A stretch of 64,000 nt of DNA from Chiloscyllium plagiosum (Eukaryota). Made by a program: the position numbers and the translations under genes. The notes beneath the pieces are model-generated. The model was given only the letters and a program-made list of their open reading frames with translations. It searched no databases and was not told the DNA's origin. The DNA lies in contig NC_057719.1 of the NCBI RefSeq assembly GCF_004010195.1, forward strand, positions 56,622,606 to 56,686,605. Direction: 5' to 3'. Shown here one piece after another: positions 37,561 through 49,880 of this stretch (its first letter is position 1; each line of letters starts with the position of its first letter).

Positions 37561-40500
37561 ATGCTGAGCTACTAGGGAACATTTGACACATCTGCTTTAC
37601 TGATATTGTGATCTATAAAGTGTGATGTGAAAATGAAAAGAAAATGCAAAGTCTGAGAAGATAAAGTAAACAGAAAGAAACCCCTTGAGAAGAAATTTAT
37701 AAGTTGCTGCAAAATAAAAAAAAAGCATCGATTGAAATTTATTTTACTTTTTAAGAAATTACTAAAATTACTAGAAACGCTTGTGAGCTGGGAAATTGTA
37801 ATTGCGTTAGTGTGAAGTCTGATATGTCCCTTGTTGACTATGGTTTTGAATCTTGCACAAAGTGCTTCAAAGCAAGAATTGCCTTCATTATTTAGTAAAC
37901 TTGCATATTATTTTCTGTACTGGAAAGACTGTTAAAGCAAGTAAATGAGACAAACCGATGCCAAGTCATAGTGCTGCACACCAGGGAGTGTCTCTCTGCT
38001 GTCACCACTCATCTTTCACAGAGTGGCTGCTTTCTTGTTTTTGTAAAGGAAGATAAACTGCAAAGATCTGGACAGATGGCTATATAATTATATGTGTTTT
38101 ACTGGGCTTAATGAATCCGGATTTCTGTGATTATAATAATTGTGAAAGAATCATCAATTGGGTAAATAAACATTCTACCTCAGTGCTTATCTGTACTGCA
38201 GTTGTGTAATAGAAAGGATGTTACATCTCATTGAAGCAAGGCCCCCTATCGCTTTGTCATACTGGAGACTAACTGGTTCACATTACAGCCTGCAATAAAC
38301 AAAATAAATTTCTTGTATTAACCTTCTAGATATTGAGAGACTTTATAGCCCTCAAAATCAATTTTGTTTTCTTCACTTTTGTCTTGGCTGTTGTTCCCAA
38401 AGGTTTATAAAATATTTGATTTATGTTTGCAAATAATTAAAAATTCTCTTATGCATTGAATTATTAAACAAAACATTTTCATAGCTGCAACATTGTTGTT
38501 TCAACATTACTTGGGGCATAATGACTGTACATGGGTTTGTCTGAAAAGTAAAGATTTGCTTCAAGAAAATGTTAAACCTCCGGTAAAATGAAAGCTAAAA
38601 GACTGCAATAGGAATTAAAAGAATTATTCAAGAAAATGTCCGTGAGAGTTGAGGAAGAATTACATTTTCATTTCCTATGCATTGCAATTGATCAAAATCT
38701 TAAACTAAAGAATGGTTCTAAGATACTGATAATATTGTCACAGGTGTATGCCCTTTGAAGTATAATTAATGTTGTAGAGATCCGTACGCAACATTTGGTT
38801 AATAGCGTTCGAAGCTTCATTGCAATGATCACATGTAACAATATGTCAATATGTTTGCTATTAAAGAAAATCTGTGGTTCATGCCTGCATGATAGCAGCT
38901 TTTGCCCCCACTGGGTTTTCCCTCATAATTGACTGGGTTTTCCCCCATGAATCTCCTTTCCCAGATAAGGGGAGTGACAATCCTACCTGACTTCCCAATC
39001 CATTTTGTTTTACATGATGTCAGTATATTTTCAACTTTCTGGATGAATCCTGACAAATGAACAGTTCTAATGTCAAAATATTGTCAGGATCTTCAATATA
39101 TACAAACGTGTGTAAGAATATTCATTGAGCAAGATAATCCAAATTTAAATTACATTATGATTGGACCAAACATGTTCACCCAAATAAACAATACACAATT
39201 TTTTCATTTCTATGATCTTTATGTTCTATCTATGTCAGAGCCTGGTTTGCAAATAACAATATCAGCTTTATAACCATGTGCTTTTTATTGAATCAAGACT
39301 GCTTTTAATCTCTGATCTAATACAGCAGTGTATACATAAACTGTTTTTTGTAATTAGGTGACCGAGGATAGAAAACTCTTTTAACTAACATAAATTATGC
39401 AAAAGATCTCCTTTGATCAATTCATGAATTGTCTAAAGCATCCTCCCACATTCTGAGGAATTGTCTCTCAATGAGTATTACCTTAGATTATGGAAATGTT
39501 ACTTTTCCAGGAAGAGGCTTAATAATTAACAGAAAAACGGCAGTATCTTTTTTTCTGCTTGCCAGATTGAGGATAGGAGAAATCGGGGAGTAAGGCTGAC
39601 TACCAAATCTCCACCATTGTTTTTGATATGTTAGAAGTGGTTTAATGATTAACTTGTAAATATGTTTGTAGCCTTAATGATTATTTAAAAAAAGATTGAG
39701 AGATATTGGGAGGGTTTATGAGTGAACAAAGTCTATAGTATAGAACATTGGAATGAAAGATTCTGAATTATTTTTAAGTTTACAGAAAACATGAAACCTT
39801 TCGGTTTTAATTCAGTTTGGGGCAGATCTGCAGGGTTCTTAGCTGAATATGGAGGTGTAAAGCAGTTGGTTCTAGGAAAGGGAGAAAATAGTTTAGATTT
39901 GTTAAAAAATAAATCATCTCAGAGCAAAGTATGTTCCAGACCAGAAGCATTTGGGTAAAACCTCGAAGTCGGTACTTGAAGCTGAGAACGTTTAAGCTCA
40001 GCTGCATAAATTCTCCAGGATGAGGCTATCATATTCTTTATACTAACAGTAGAAGTCACAGTTAAAGTTAGCCTCTAAAGGTATTAGAAGGAGATTCTTT
40101 CTCGTGTGAGTACTGTAAAGAGATGCTTTTGGGATTTGTAAAGGAGTACTTTTGTGATCTATAAACCAGTGCTTTTGGGATTCATGGGATTATATTTTTA
40201 TGTTTATATGTTCTGAAATATGTAAATTGTTTGGTTTATTCCATTTTATCTTAATTTATTTTGTATAATCTTCTATTTCAGTGATAAAACTAAATCTACA
40301 ATAGAGAGACTGCTTCATTAAAACTAAAAATTATTCCAGATTTAGTCGGGAATCTGACTAGCCCTTTAATAATGTCAGCTGGGATCAAAACAACTGAAAC
40401 CCTTGCTGTCAGTAAGTTCAATACCCAGCAATGAGATCCAGTTTCTCAATGTAGCTGATTTTGACAGCTCTGGGCATTTTGAACTTATTTATAATTTGTT

Positions 40501-41665
40501 CAATCTTTTGAGAGTATGGCCACAAGAAATACAAACATATTTTAGACGAGTTCAGTATAATCAACAAAGTAAAAAGGAAGCAATGAAAATGCAGGGAAAC
40601 TGAAAGAGAAACATGAGAAATGTTGGGAATATTTTTAGCCTTTCCTGTGTTTGGTTCACTGCGATAATCTACTAACATTCTGTCAAATAATACATACTTG
40701 CATTCTGTTTTCTCAGAGAAACAAATAATTTATGTATAATTTTTTTCAGATTATGTCTATTTAATAAAGTGCTAGATGTTTATTTGGCGTTCTATTAAAA
40801 TTATTCTTCCATATCCTGCAGTAACTTCACATTTGCTGACTGCTTTTCTTTCCTGTACCTCTCCTGTCTGCCACACAGTAACTATCGCCAAGGGTGCTCT
40901 GCATTGTTCTTCTGTCAGAATTTCTGCCATACTATAAGCTGCTTCTGAAGGGTGTTTTTTGCTGCTCACAATCAGCATCTGTTATCAAATGGGACCTGTG
41001 TATTTGGACCAGTAATAACCCCACAGTGATTAATCCAATCCCAGGCCAACATGAAGGGTTTCACTAGGTTTCCTATTAACATGCAATTCCAATTGAATTT
41101 ATTCCACTGACATTCAAATGCTATGTTTGTTACTCCAATAGGTCTGAGTTCAAAGATTTTCTCATTGCAGAGTTGGATTTAACACAAGGCCTACTGGTCA
41201 ACATTGTAAATAATTTATGTTTTTTCCACAGAAGAAATGTCAGATGTGTCCAAATGGGATGCAAATTGTCCATTATTAATGCAGCATGTCACGTCTACTC
41301 TGGTTTGTCAACTTATTTCCACCTAAAGTTGTGAGTCACAGGAAATTCCTAAGGATATTCATTTGCCTTTACAGTAAGCATATTCTCCAGAGTAATTACT
41401 TACTTTATGTCCATAATTATTGTTCCAACGTCTGGTTCATATTCCGGAAGAGCTCTATTGTAATGTGCCCAAATAGGGATTATGAGGCTGGACGTGTCAC
41501 AGCCAAAATTGTGTAGTTCCTAGCTCCTTACAAGAAATGACTAATATTATGTTCTCAAATCTATTCCACCCTTGGATTGCCTGAAATACTAAACTGGGTA
41601 TTCATTGTAAGCGATGGGTGGCTGGACTTTGTGATTGTTTGGGCTGAGTTCACCACTTGCCATAA

Positions 41666-41880
41666 CTATCTCCGATCTTGAATGGTACAGTTGCCATGCC
41701 AGGTAGAGATACATCCAGACAGAATGCTTTTGATGGCGCACCGATAAAAGTTGGCAAGGGTATTCGCTGTCATGTCAAATTTCCTCAGCTGAGGAAGAAG
41801 GGATGTTGTTGGGCCTTGGTAACCAGTGTGTCCACATGAAGAGTCCAAGAAAACTTGTTGTGGATGACCACTCCCAGGAG
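41666..41880 (-). mobile_element. Rex1/Babar LINE fragment
   Basis: LGVVIHNKFSWTLHVDTLVTKAQQ..LRKFDMTANTLANFYRCAIKSILSGCISTWHGNC. Confidence 0.8.
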
Positions 41881-41900
41881 GGCGTTTTTAACACAGCTTT

Positions 41901-44075
41901 CCAGCTCAAAAAGTGTGGCACTGGAAAAGTACAGCCAGTCAAGCAGCAATCGAAGAGAAGGAGAGTCGACGTTTCAGGCATAACTTCATCAAAAATGTAG
42001 GGGAGATGAGGAAAGTGGTGGAATTGACATTGGTTCCTTGTGGTTGGAGGGTTCCAAGGCAGAATATGAGGTGTTCTTCCTGCAGTTGTTGGGTGGCTAG
42101 GATTTGGCAGTGGAGGAAGCCCAGGACTTGCATGTCCTTGGCGGAGTGGGAGGGGAAGTTGAAATAATTGGCCACAGGGCAGTGGGATTGTTTAGTGAGT
42201 ATGTCCAAGTGACGTTCTCTGAAATGTTCCGTGAGTTGACATCCTGTCTCCCCACTGTAGAGGAGACTACATCGAGAGCAGTAGACACAGTCGATGAGGT
42301 TTTTGGATGTGCAGAAAAATCTCTGCCTGATGTGAAAGGATTCTTTGGGGCCTTGGATGGAGGTGATGGGGGAGGTGTGGGCGCAGGTTTTACACCTGTT
42401 GCGGTGGCAAAGGTAGGTGCTGGGATTGGAAGATGGGTTGGTGGGGGAGGTATGGACCTAACAAGGGAGTCGTGGACAGCATGGTCTCTGCGGAATGCTG
42501 AAAAGGGTGGGGAGCGATAATGTGCTGTAACTGGGGATTGGTGACCACGTGGGAGGGGAAATTGCAGTCCTTGAAGTAGGGTGCCATCTGGATGTTTTAG
42601 AATGGAATTGGTCTTCCTGGGACCAGATGCAGCGGAAATGGAGGAATTGGGAGGAGTTGAGAGTAAGGGATAGCAGTTTACAGGAGGTGGGGTTAAGTCA
42701 GCAGGAGAGGAAGAAATGGAGGTCTTGGAGGCTTTCATCATGGCAGATGGACAAATACAGGGACTGGATGTCCATGGTGAAGATGATGCACTGGGTGCCA
42801 GGGAACTGAAGGTTATGGAGGAGCTGGAGGGTGTGGATGGTGTCGTGAATGTATGTGGGGGGTTCCTGGACCAAGGATGACAGGACGGTGTCAAGGTATG
42901 TGGAGATAAGTTTGGTGGGGCAGGAGCAGGCGGAGGTGATGGGTCGACTTGGGCAGTCAGGTTTGTGAATCTTGGGTAAGAGGAAGAACCGGGTGGAGTG
43001 GAGTTTTGGGGCTATCAGATTGGAGGTTGTAGATGGGAGATCCCCTGAAGTAGTGAGGTTTTGGATGGCCTGAGACATGATAGTTTGGTGATGGGAGGTG
43101 AGGTTGTGGTTGAGGGGGCAGTAGGAGGAGGTGTCTGTGAGTTGGCGCCTGACTTCAGTGCTGCATAGGTCAGTGCGCAAAACTACCACTGTGCCCCCTT
43201 ATCCGCAGGTTTGAAGGTGAGGTTAGGGTTGGAGTGGAGGGAGTGGAGGGCTGTGCGTTGCAAGGGTGAGAGGTTGGAGTCGGTGAGAGGGGTGGACAGA
43301 TTGAGACTGTCAATGTCATAGCAGCAGTTGGAGATGAAGGGATCAAGGGCGGGTTACAGACCAGCATGAGGTGTCCAAGTGGATGGAGTTTGTTGGAGGT
43401 GGGAGAAGGGTACTTGGGGAGTGGGTGGGAGTCCTGATGGGAAAGGTAAGCACGGGGCGGAGGTGGTGGAAGAAAAATTTAATGTTGCGATGCATGTTGA
43501 ATTTGTTGAACTGGGAGTGTAGTAGAATGAAGGTGAGACCCTTACTGATTGTTCATCCTCAGTGAGGGGGAGGTCTGGGGGGATGTTAAAAATTCAGGAG
43601 GGCTGGGGACTAGGACAAGGTGCGGGGCTGGAGTTGGGAGCGGGGGCAGAGATTGTCTCTGGAGTGGGTGTGGCAATGGTATTGTGGGTGATGTCACCAA
43701 AGGAAGTGACGCACACCGTGGGGCTTGGGGGTTGCAGAAACGGTGCATTCAGTGGCACATGCGGGGGTGGAAATGACATTTCATGTGACATTCAAGGTGT
43801 CTTTGGCAGTGGCTGTGTGCTCGTCGGTGGGGGCCGAAGTGGCTGAGGCGGTGGCAACTATGGGGTCGTAAGTGATGTGACAGATAGTCTTCACAGTGGT
43901 TCTGGTGGTGATGGTGGAGGTGGTGCCGTTGATGGTGGCTGTGGTCTATGTAGAAGCAAGGGGTGGAAGTAATATCATCATTTCCTGCTGTGGTGGTGAC
44001 TGTAGCAGCCACATGGCTAATGACATCTGAGCAGTGCTGGAGAAGGGCCTGGAATGATGGAGGAATCCCGGGTAC
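41901..44075 (-). mobile_element. Neptune-type PLE, left arm of a large fold-back
   Basis: PLE RT (ADKG, RFFLLPKIHKP..RPI, FTMDIQSLY), internal deletion, thumb, GIY-YIG remnant, 3' repeat with decayed hammerhead at ~41963-41995. Confidence 0.88.
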
Positions 44076-44079
44076 ACCT

Positions 44080-45409
44080 GCTATGTTGATGATTGCATCG
44101 ATGACTGTGCTCCACGAGGAGGTTAAACAGTTCAGCAACTTTACAACCACCTTACACCCTGACCTCAAGTTCACCTGGACCATCTCAGCCGCCTCCCTCC
44201 CCTTCCTGGACCTCTCCAGCTCCATTTCTGGTGACCGACTCAACACGGACATCTACTTCAAACCCACCAACTCCCACAGCTACCTGGACTATACCTCCTC
44301 CCACCCTGACCCCTGTTAAAACACTATCCCTCACTCCCAAATCCTCCTCCTCCCAGGAGAAGCAATTCCACTCCAGAACATCCCTTCAAGAACCACAATT
44401 TCCCCTCCCACATGGTCAACAACGCCCTCCAGCACATCTTCTCCACTTCCTGCACCTCCACCCTTGAATCCCACCCCTTCAATTGCAACAAGGATAGAAC
44501 ACCTTGGTCCTCACCTTCCACCCCACCAACCTCTACAATGCACCATCATCTGCCAATTCCACCACCTACAGTCAGACTCCACTACCAGAGATGTATTTTT
44601 CTCCCCACTCCTTTCCGCATTCCGCAAAGACGATTCCCTCCACAACTCCCTCGTTAGGTTCACACCCCCAACCAACCCATCCTCTACTCCTGGCACCTTC
44701 CCTTGCCACCGCAAGAGGAGTAAAAACCTGTGCCACACCTCCCCCCTCACCTCCATCCAAAGCCCCAAAGGATCCTTCTACATCCAGCAGAGATTTTCCT
44801 GCACATCCAAAAATCTCATCTACTGTGTCCATTGTTCTCGATGTGGTCTCCTCTACATTGCGGAGACAGGACGCCAACTTGCAGAACGTTTCGGTGAACA
44901 TCTCTGGGAGACACGCACTAAACAACCCCTGCGCCCTGTGGCCGATCACTTCAACTCCTCCTCCCACTCCAACAAGGACATGCAAGTCCTGGACCTCCTC
45001 CATCACCAAATCCTAGCCACCGACAACTAGAGGAAGAATACCTCATCTTCTACATGGAATAATGTTGATTTCACCAGTTTCCTCATCTCCCCTTCTCCCA
45101 CCTTATCCCAGATCCAACCCTCCAACTTGGCACAGCCCTCTTGAACTGTCCTACCTGTCCATCTTCCTTCCCACCCATCTGCTCCACTCTCCTCTCCGAC
45201 CCAGCACCATCACCTCCACCTTCATCTACCTATCGCATTCCTAGCTACCTTACCCTAGCCCCACTCAGCCATCTTGGGCCCCCTTCACAATCCTGATGAA
45301 GAGCTTATGCTTGAAATGTCAACTCTCCTGTTTATCGGATGCTGTGCTGTGCTTTTCCAGCACCACACCTTTTGACTCTGATCTCTAGTAGCTGCAGTCC
45401 TCACTCTCT
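44080..45409 (+). mobile_element. Neptune-type PLE, right arm of a large fold-back
   Basis: IDDC..LPFLDL..IYFKPTNSHSYL RT, Cys-rich linker GTFPCHRKR, GIY-YIG NLIYCVHCSRCGLLYIAETGRQLAERFGEH..VADHF; decayed hammerhead at ~45290-45325. Confidence 0.9.
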
Positions 45410-45631
45410 CACAGCTTTTAGGCTGTCAAATGCCTTCTGACAATCTGCTGTCAACTGAAACCCCCTGCTTTTCTTCAGCAGTTCAGTGAGTGGAACAGCC
45501 ACATTGCTAAACTTTGGTATAAATTTTCAATAAAATCCACTCATTCCCATGAATTGCTGCTATTTTTGTCATTGGTATGGGAAACTCACCAATTACCTTT
45601 GTTTTTGAATTCAATGGGGCCATTTGTCCAG

Positions 45632-46548
45632 TGAACATAGAACATGGAACATTACAGTTCAATACAGGCCCTTCAGCCCTCGATGTTACAACAACCTATG
45701 AAACCAATCTGAAGCCCATCTGACCTACACTATTCCATTCTTGTCCATATGCCTATCTAATGACTGTTTAAATGCCCTTAAAGTTGGCAAGTCTATTCCA
45801 CACCCCAGGCAGTATGTTCCATGCCCCTACTATTCTCTGAGTAAAGAAACTACCTCTGACATCTGTCCTATATCTATCACTCCTCAATTTAAAGCTATGT
45901 CTCCTCATGCTAGCCATCGCCATCCAAGGAAAAAGGCTCTCACTGTCCAAAATATCTAACCCTCTGATTATCTTATATATCTCAATTAAGTCACCCCTCA
46001 ACCTTCTCTCTAACAAAAACAGCCTTAAGTCCTTCAGCTTTTCCTCAAAAGACCTTCCCTCCATACCTGGCAACATCCTATAGATCTCCACTGAACCCTT
46101 TCCAAAGCTTCCACATCTGTCCTATAATCCAGTGACCAGAACTGTGCGCAGTACTCTAAGTGTGACCGCACCAAAGTTTTATACAGTTGCAGCATGACCT
46201 TATGGTTCCGAAATTCAATCCTTCTACCAATAAAAGCTAACAAACCCTATGCCTTTTTAACAATCCTATCAATCTGGGTGACAATTTTCAAGCATATCTC
46301 TACCTTGATCTCTTTGCTCTTCTACACTACCAAGAATCTTACCATTAGCCCAGTACTCTGCATTCCTGTTACTCCTTCCAGAGTGAATCACCTCACACTT
46401 TTCCACATTAAACTCCATTTGCCACCTCTCAGCCCAGCTCTGCAGCTTATCTATGTCCCTCTGTAACCTACAATATCCTTCATCACCATCCACAGCTTTA
46501 CCGACCTTAGTGTCATCCGCAAATTTACTGACCCATCCTTCTATGCCC
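45632..46548 (-). mobile_element. CR1 LINE 3' fragment inserted in the Gypsy RT
   Basis: SKFADDTKVG..LEYCAQFWS..RLRGDLIEIYKI; tail (GTTCTAT)n. Confidence 0.9.
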
Positions 46549-47170
46549 ATGAGCTTTGGCAATTTCACTTTTGCCAGGTTTATCACCAAGCCTGCCTTCT
46601 GATTCAATTGAACAAGTCTGATAAACGTTGTAAATGATCCTTCCATGTGTGACTAAAAATCACCAGGTCATCAATACATGCAACACAATTAGCTAATCCG
46701 GACATGACCTTATTGATTAGTCTCTGAAATGAGGCTGGCACATTTTTCATACCAAATGGAATGACTTTAAACTGGTACAGTCCATTTGGCATTACGAATG
46801 CCGAAATTGTCTTTGCTCTTTCGGACAAAGGTACCTGTCAGTATCCTCTGAGCAAGTCCAACTTAGATATATAAGTTGCTTGTCCCACTTTTTCAACACA
46901 GTCTTCCAAACGCGGAATTGGACATGCATCAGGCATTGTAACTGCATTGACTTTACAATAGTCCACACATAGCCAATGGGTACCAATCTGGTTTTGGCAC
47001 CATTACAATGAGCGAGTTCCAGTCACTGTAACTCATTTCGATTATGTCATCTTAGAGCATGTGCTTAATCTCCTTTTGAACCTCTGCCAACTTTAGAGGT
47101 TATGCCTCTAAGGATGTTGCTTAATCGGAACAGCATCTCCTATATCTACATCATGTGTAATTAGGTTAGT
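46549..47170 (-). pseudogene. Gypsy reverse transcriptase remnant
   Basis: HDVDIGDAVPIKQHP, PIPRLEDC, KLDLLRGY, GLYQFKVIPFGMKNVPASFQR, ACIDDLVIFS (YxDD mutated to CIDD). Confidence 0.88.
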
Positions 47171-47371
47171 ACTTCCCAGTTTATTTCCACTATCTCCCCA
47201 TGTGATAGTAATAACTCTTTGATTTTCCTCTGGAAGGTAACTCAATAATTTATCCCAATTTTTGCCAACTTCCTCATTGTCCAATTTAATTTGAGGAATG
47301 TCCAATTCAGAGTCCTCTGAATTTGGTTGTGCCTTCTGTAAGAGGACCACTAAAATTGACCAATACAAACA

Positions 47372-48380
47372 TTATCTGTAGGCTTCTGGCACAAGCTGAT
47401 ATGCACTCAAGATGGCTTTCTTCACCTCCTCATACACCCCAGGTACCTCCTCTGATAGCGATGCAACTACCTCATTAGCTCTAGCTACAAGTTTTCTTTG
47501 GATCAATAAAACCCACATGGTCACTGGCCACTGCATTTGCTTAGCTACCTTTTCAAATGAGATGGAAAAGGCTTCTACATCCTTCTCCTCAAATGTAGTC
47601 AACGCTTGAATATACTTAAACAGATCCTTACCAGCCCTTTGGCTACCATGGGTTTATTCATTGTCACTCTCTTCCTCATTAAGCTTACCTTCAGCTTTCA
47701 TCGCCATCCCTTTAAGCTGACTTTCCTGTTGAAGTTGAAAATGTGTTGCTGGAAAATTGCAGCAGGTCAGGCAGCATCCAAGGAACAGGAGAATCGACGT
47801 TTCGGGCATAAGCCCTTCTTCAGGGCTGAAGAAGGGCTTATGCCCGAAACGTCGATTCTTCTGTTCCTTGGATGCTGCCTGACCTGCTGCGCTTTTCCAG
47901 CAACACATTTTCAGCTCTGATCTCCAGCATCTGCAGCCCTCACTTTTTCCTGTTGAAGTGCCAGTTTCTGAAGTTCAAACTCCCTTTTTTTCTTCCTTTC
48001 GACTCTCTCCTTTTCTCTCTCTTCTCTCTCTTTTCCTTTCTCTTCTCTCTCTCTATTTCTTCTGGTTCTGCGAAAGTGCTCTGCTTTTAATTGTAATTCA
48101 AAGTGTTTTATTTCTGTTGCCCTTTCCTTATCGTTTGTCCCCAACTTGAGCTGCTTCATTTTCAGCTGAAATGTAGCTGTCTCTAAAGATTCCGATGGCA
48201 TTTTCAGCAAATGTAAATGCTGAGCTATTGCTGTAATTATCTCTCCCTTCCTCATGGAAGGTAGCAGCTCCAACCCCAGCTTGTCTGCTAATTCCAGCAG
48301 CTTGGCTTTAATCACCTTTTGTAAAACTCCAAAGTCACTTCTTCCACCCCCAGAAAACTCTCGGTGTCTGAAAGAAACAT
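47372..48380 (-). pseudogene. Gypsy gag remnant (N-terminal helix, E/K/R coiled coil, capsid N-domain)
   Basis: KAKLLELADKLGL..RKGEIITAIAQHL; FEEKDVEAF..FEKVAKQMQWP..YEEVKKAILSAYQLVPEAYR. Confidence 0.82.
47736..47945. mobile_element. PLE fold-back palindrome inserted in gag
   Basis: 14-bp TSD TTTCCTGTTGAAGT at 47722-47735 and 47946-47959; 88-bp arms 47736-47823 and 47826-47913 with a 2-nt spacer; each arm starts at a CTGAAGA hammerhead core. Confidence 0.92.
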
Positions 48381-48501
48381 TGCTATCCCAAGCGTTATTT
48401 AAACGAACCGAATACAACACCTGGAACAAAAGACATAAACACCTGCCACTCAATGCCTTTGAATCCAACAACCCCAATTTCAATTTGGAACTATAGATCA
48501 A

Positions 48502-48520
48502 ATCCTTCAAAGAGCCCCCG
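48502..48520 (-). other. Primer-binding site, tRNA-Pro-like (decayed)
   Basis: CGGGGGCTCTTTGAAGGAT 3 nt after the LTR end, versus tRNA-Pro PBS TGGGGGCTCGTCCGGGAT. Confidence 0.55.
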
Positions 48521-48523
48521 ATC

Positions 48524-49178
48524 TGTTACGGAGGAGGCCCGATCCCCTCAAAACATCTCAAGAAAGTCACCCAGACCCTAACTTTGTTAGTTGTTTTAAG
48601 CAGGTGTAAAGTGGATATTCCAGGAGAGATGCAACTGGTCGAACCACTTAGAATTAAACAAAACAGAATTTATTTGCAAAATGACCGAATGAAATATAAA
48701 CAAAAGAGAACGGAATACCAAATAATTTAACCCAACCAAAAACCTGACAGATTATTCCCAACTTAATTATGCTGTTCCAAATCCATGCAACAATCCTCAT
48801 AACCCCCCAACTCCTTGGCGAATCAAACAGGATTTTACAGGAGAGATGTCAGAAAGAAAGCATCAGCATGGATCTGCCTCTTCGGGTGCAGCAGCTTCAT
48901 AACTGACTGACTGCTTTCAGTGAACAGCCAGACTGCTAAAAACCAAACCAAACCAGAGAAAAGCTGAGCTGGGAGACCTGGCCACTCCCCTTTCATTGTA
49001 CAAGTGTTTTTTAAAAAACCTTCAGATCCTTTTGCCTAAGGCAGCATTTGTTAGCTATAATCAAATTGGCCCTAAAACCCATCCAAGCCAGATTTTTCTG
49101 AGTCTGTGTCTTTTATGACCTCTTTGGAAAAAAAAGCCAAAGGCACCATAACCTTTTTAAAGGAGCAGCATTGTCACA
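48524..49178 (-). repeat. 5' LTR of the Gypsy element (~655 bp)
   Basis: TGTGAC...GTAACA termini, internal AATAAA (plus-strand 48669-48674), PBS immediately after. Confidence 0.7.
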
Positions 49179-49379
49179 AGTACATTGTTAAAATAAAACA
49201 AAGCTGATAGTTATCCATTCCCTGAGAGTAGTTTGAACAATGTAGAAGCCTTTTCATGGATCAACTGAGGTGTGGCATAAACTGTGTTTGTGCATGTTCT
49301 CATATACATCTGAGATTGCGTGGAGAAGGTCAAGTTGTGAAGGAAAGAAATAAGGAAAAATCAATAACAAGAAAAATTA

Positions 49380-49880
49380 CATTGGTGATGTATTGAGCAT
49401 CGCTCTGAATGGATTTACAAAACTGGTCCCAAAAATGGGAGGTGATAAGTATTAGCAAAAATAGAACAGGCTAGCACTTTTTTCTCTAGAAAAGAGAACA
49501 TTGAGGTTAACCTAATACAGGTCTTTAAAGCTACGAAAGAGTTTGATAGAGTAGACATGGGAAAGGTTTTTCTACTTGTGATGGTTCCAATATTAATGGT
49601 CACAAAAACATGGTAGTAACTAGTGAATCTAACAAGGAATTTGGGAGGAACATCTTTATCCAAAAAATGGTTACGTATGAAATGTTCTACCATTTGGAGC
49701 AGCTAGGAGAAACAGGACACATGCCTTTGAGGGAAGGCTAGAAAATTTCATAAGAAATAAATAAATAAAACAATATGCTGACAAAGAGTTGGGTGAAGTA
49801 AGGTGATGGAGGTTTGTGTGGAGCATAGACACCAATTTACACCAGATGGCTCAAATGTGTTGTTTCCTTGTTGCGCAGTT
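49380..49880 (+). mobile_element. Old CR1 3' fragment
   Basis: LFSLEKRTLR.NLIQVFK remnant and 3' UTR. Confidence 0.55.

Larger units (their letters stand above)
41882..49178 (-). mobile_element. Gmr1-like Ty3/Gypsy LTR retrotransposon, internally deleted, 3'-truncated, with nested insertions
   Basis: 5' LTR, PBS, gag, RT (46549-47170) and connection region (45410-45632, resuming at 41882-41900) are colinear once the nested PLE and CR1 inserts are removed. Confidence 0.82.

Noticed and set aside
39700..40391. Possible solo LTR ending GGGATCAAAACA
   Set aside because: Could not define the 5' end, TSD or a partner copy.
42097..45016. Long Pro/Ser/Thr-rich ORFs (e.g. 265 aa at 42097-42894)
   Set aside because: Alternate frames of C-rich Penelope sequence.
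47654..47908. Recurrent 'CWKSAAGQAASKEQENRRFG' peptides as a gene family
   Set aside because: Antisense translation of the PLE 3' repeat.
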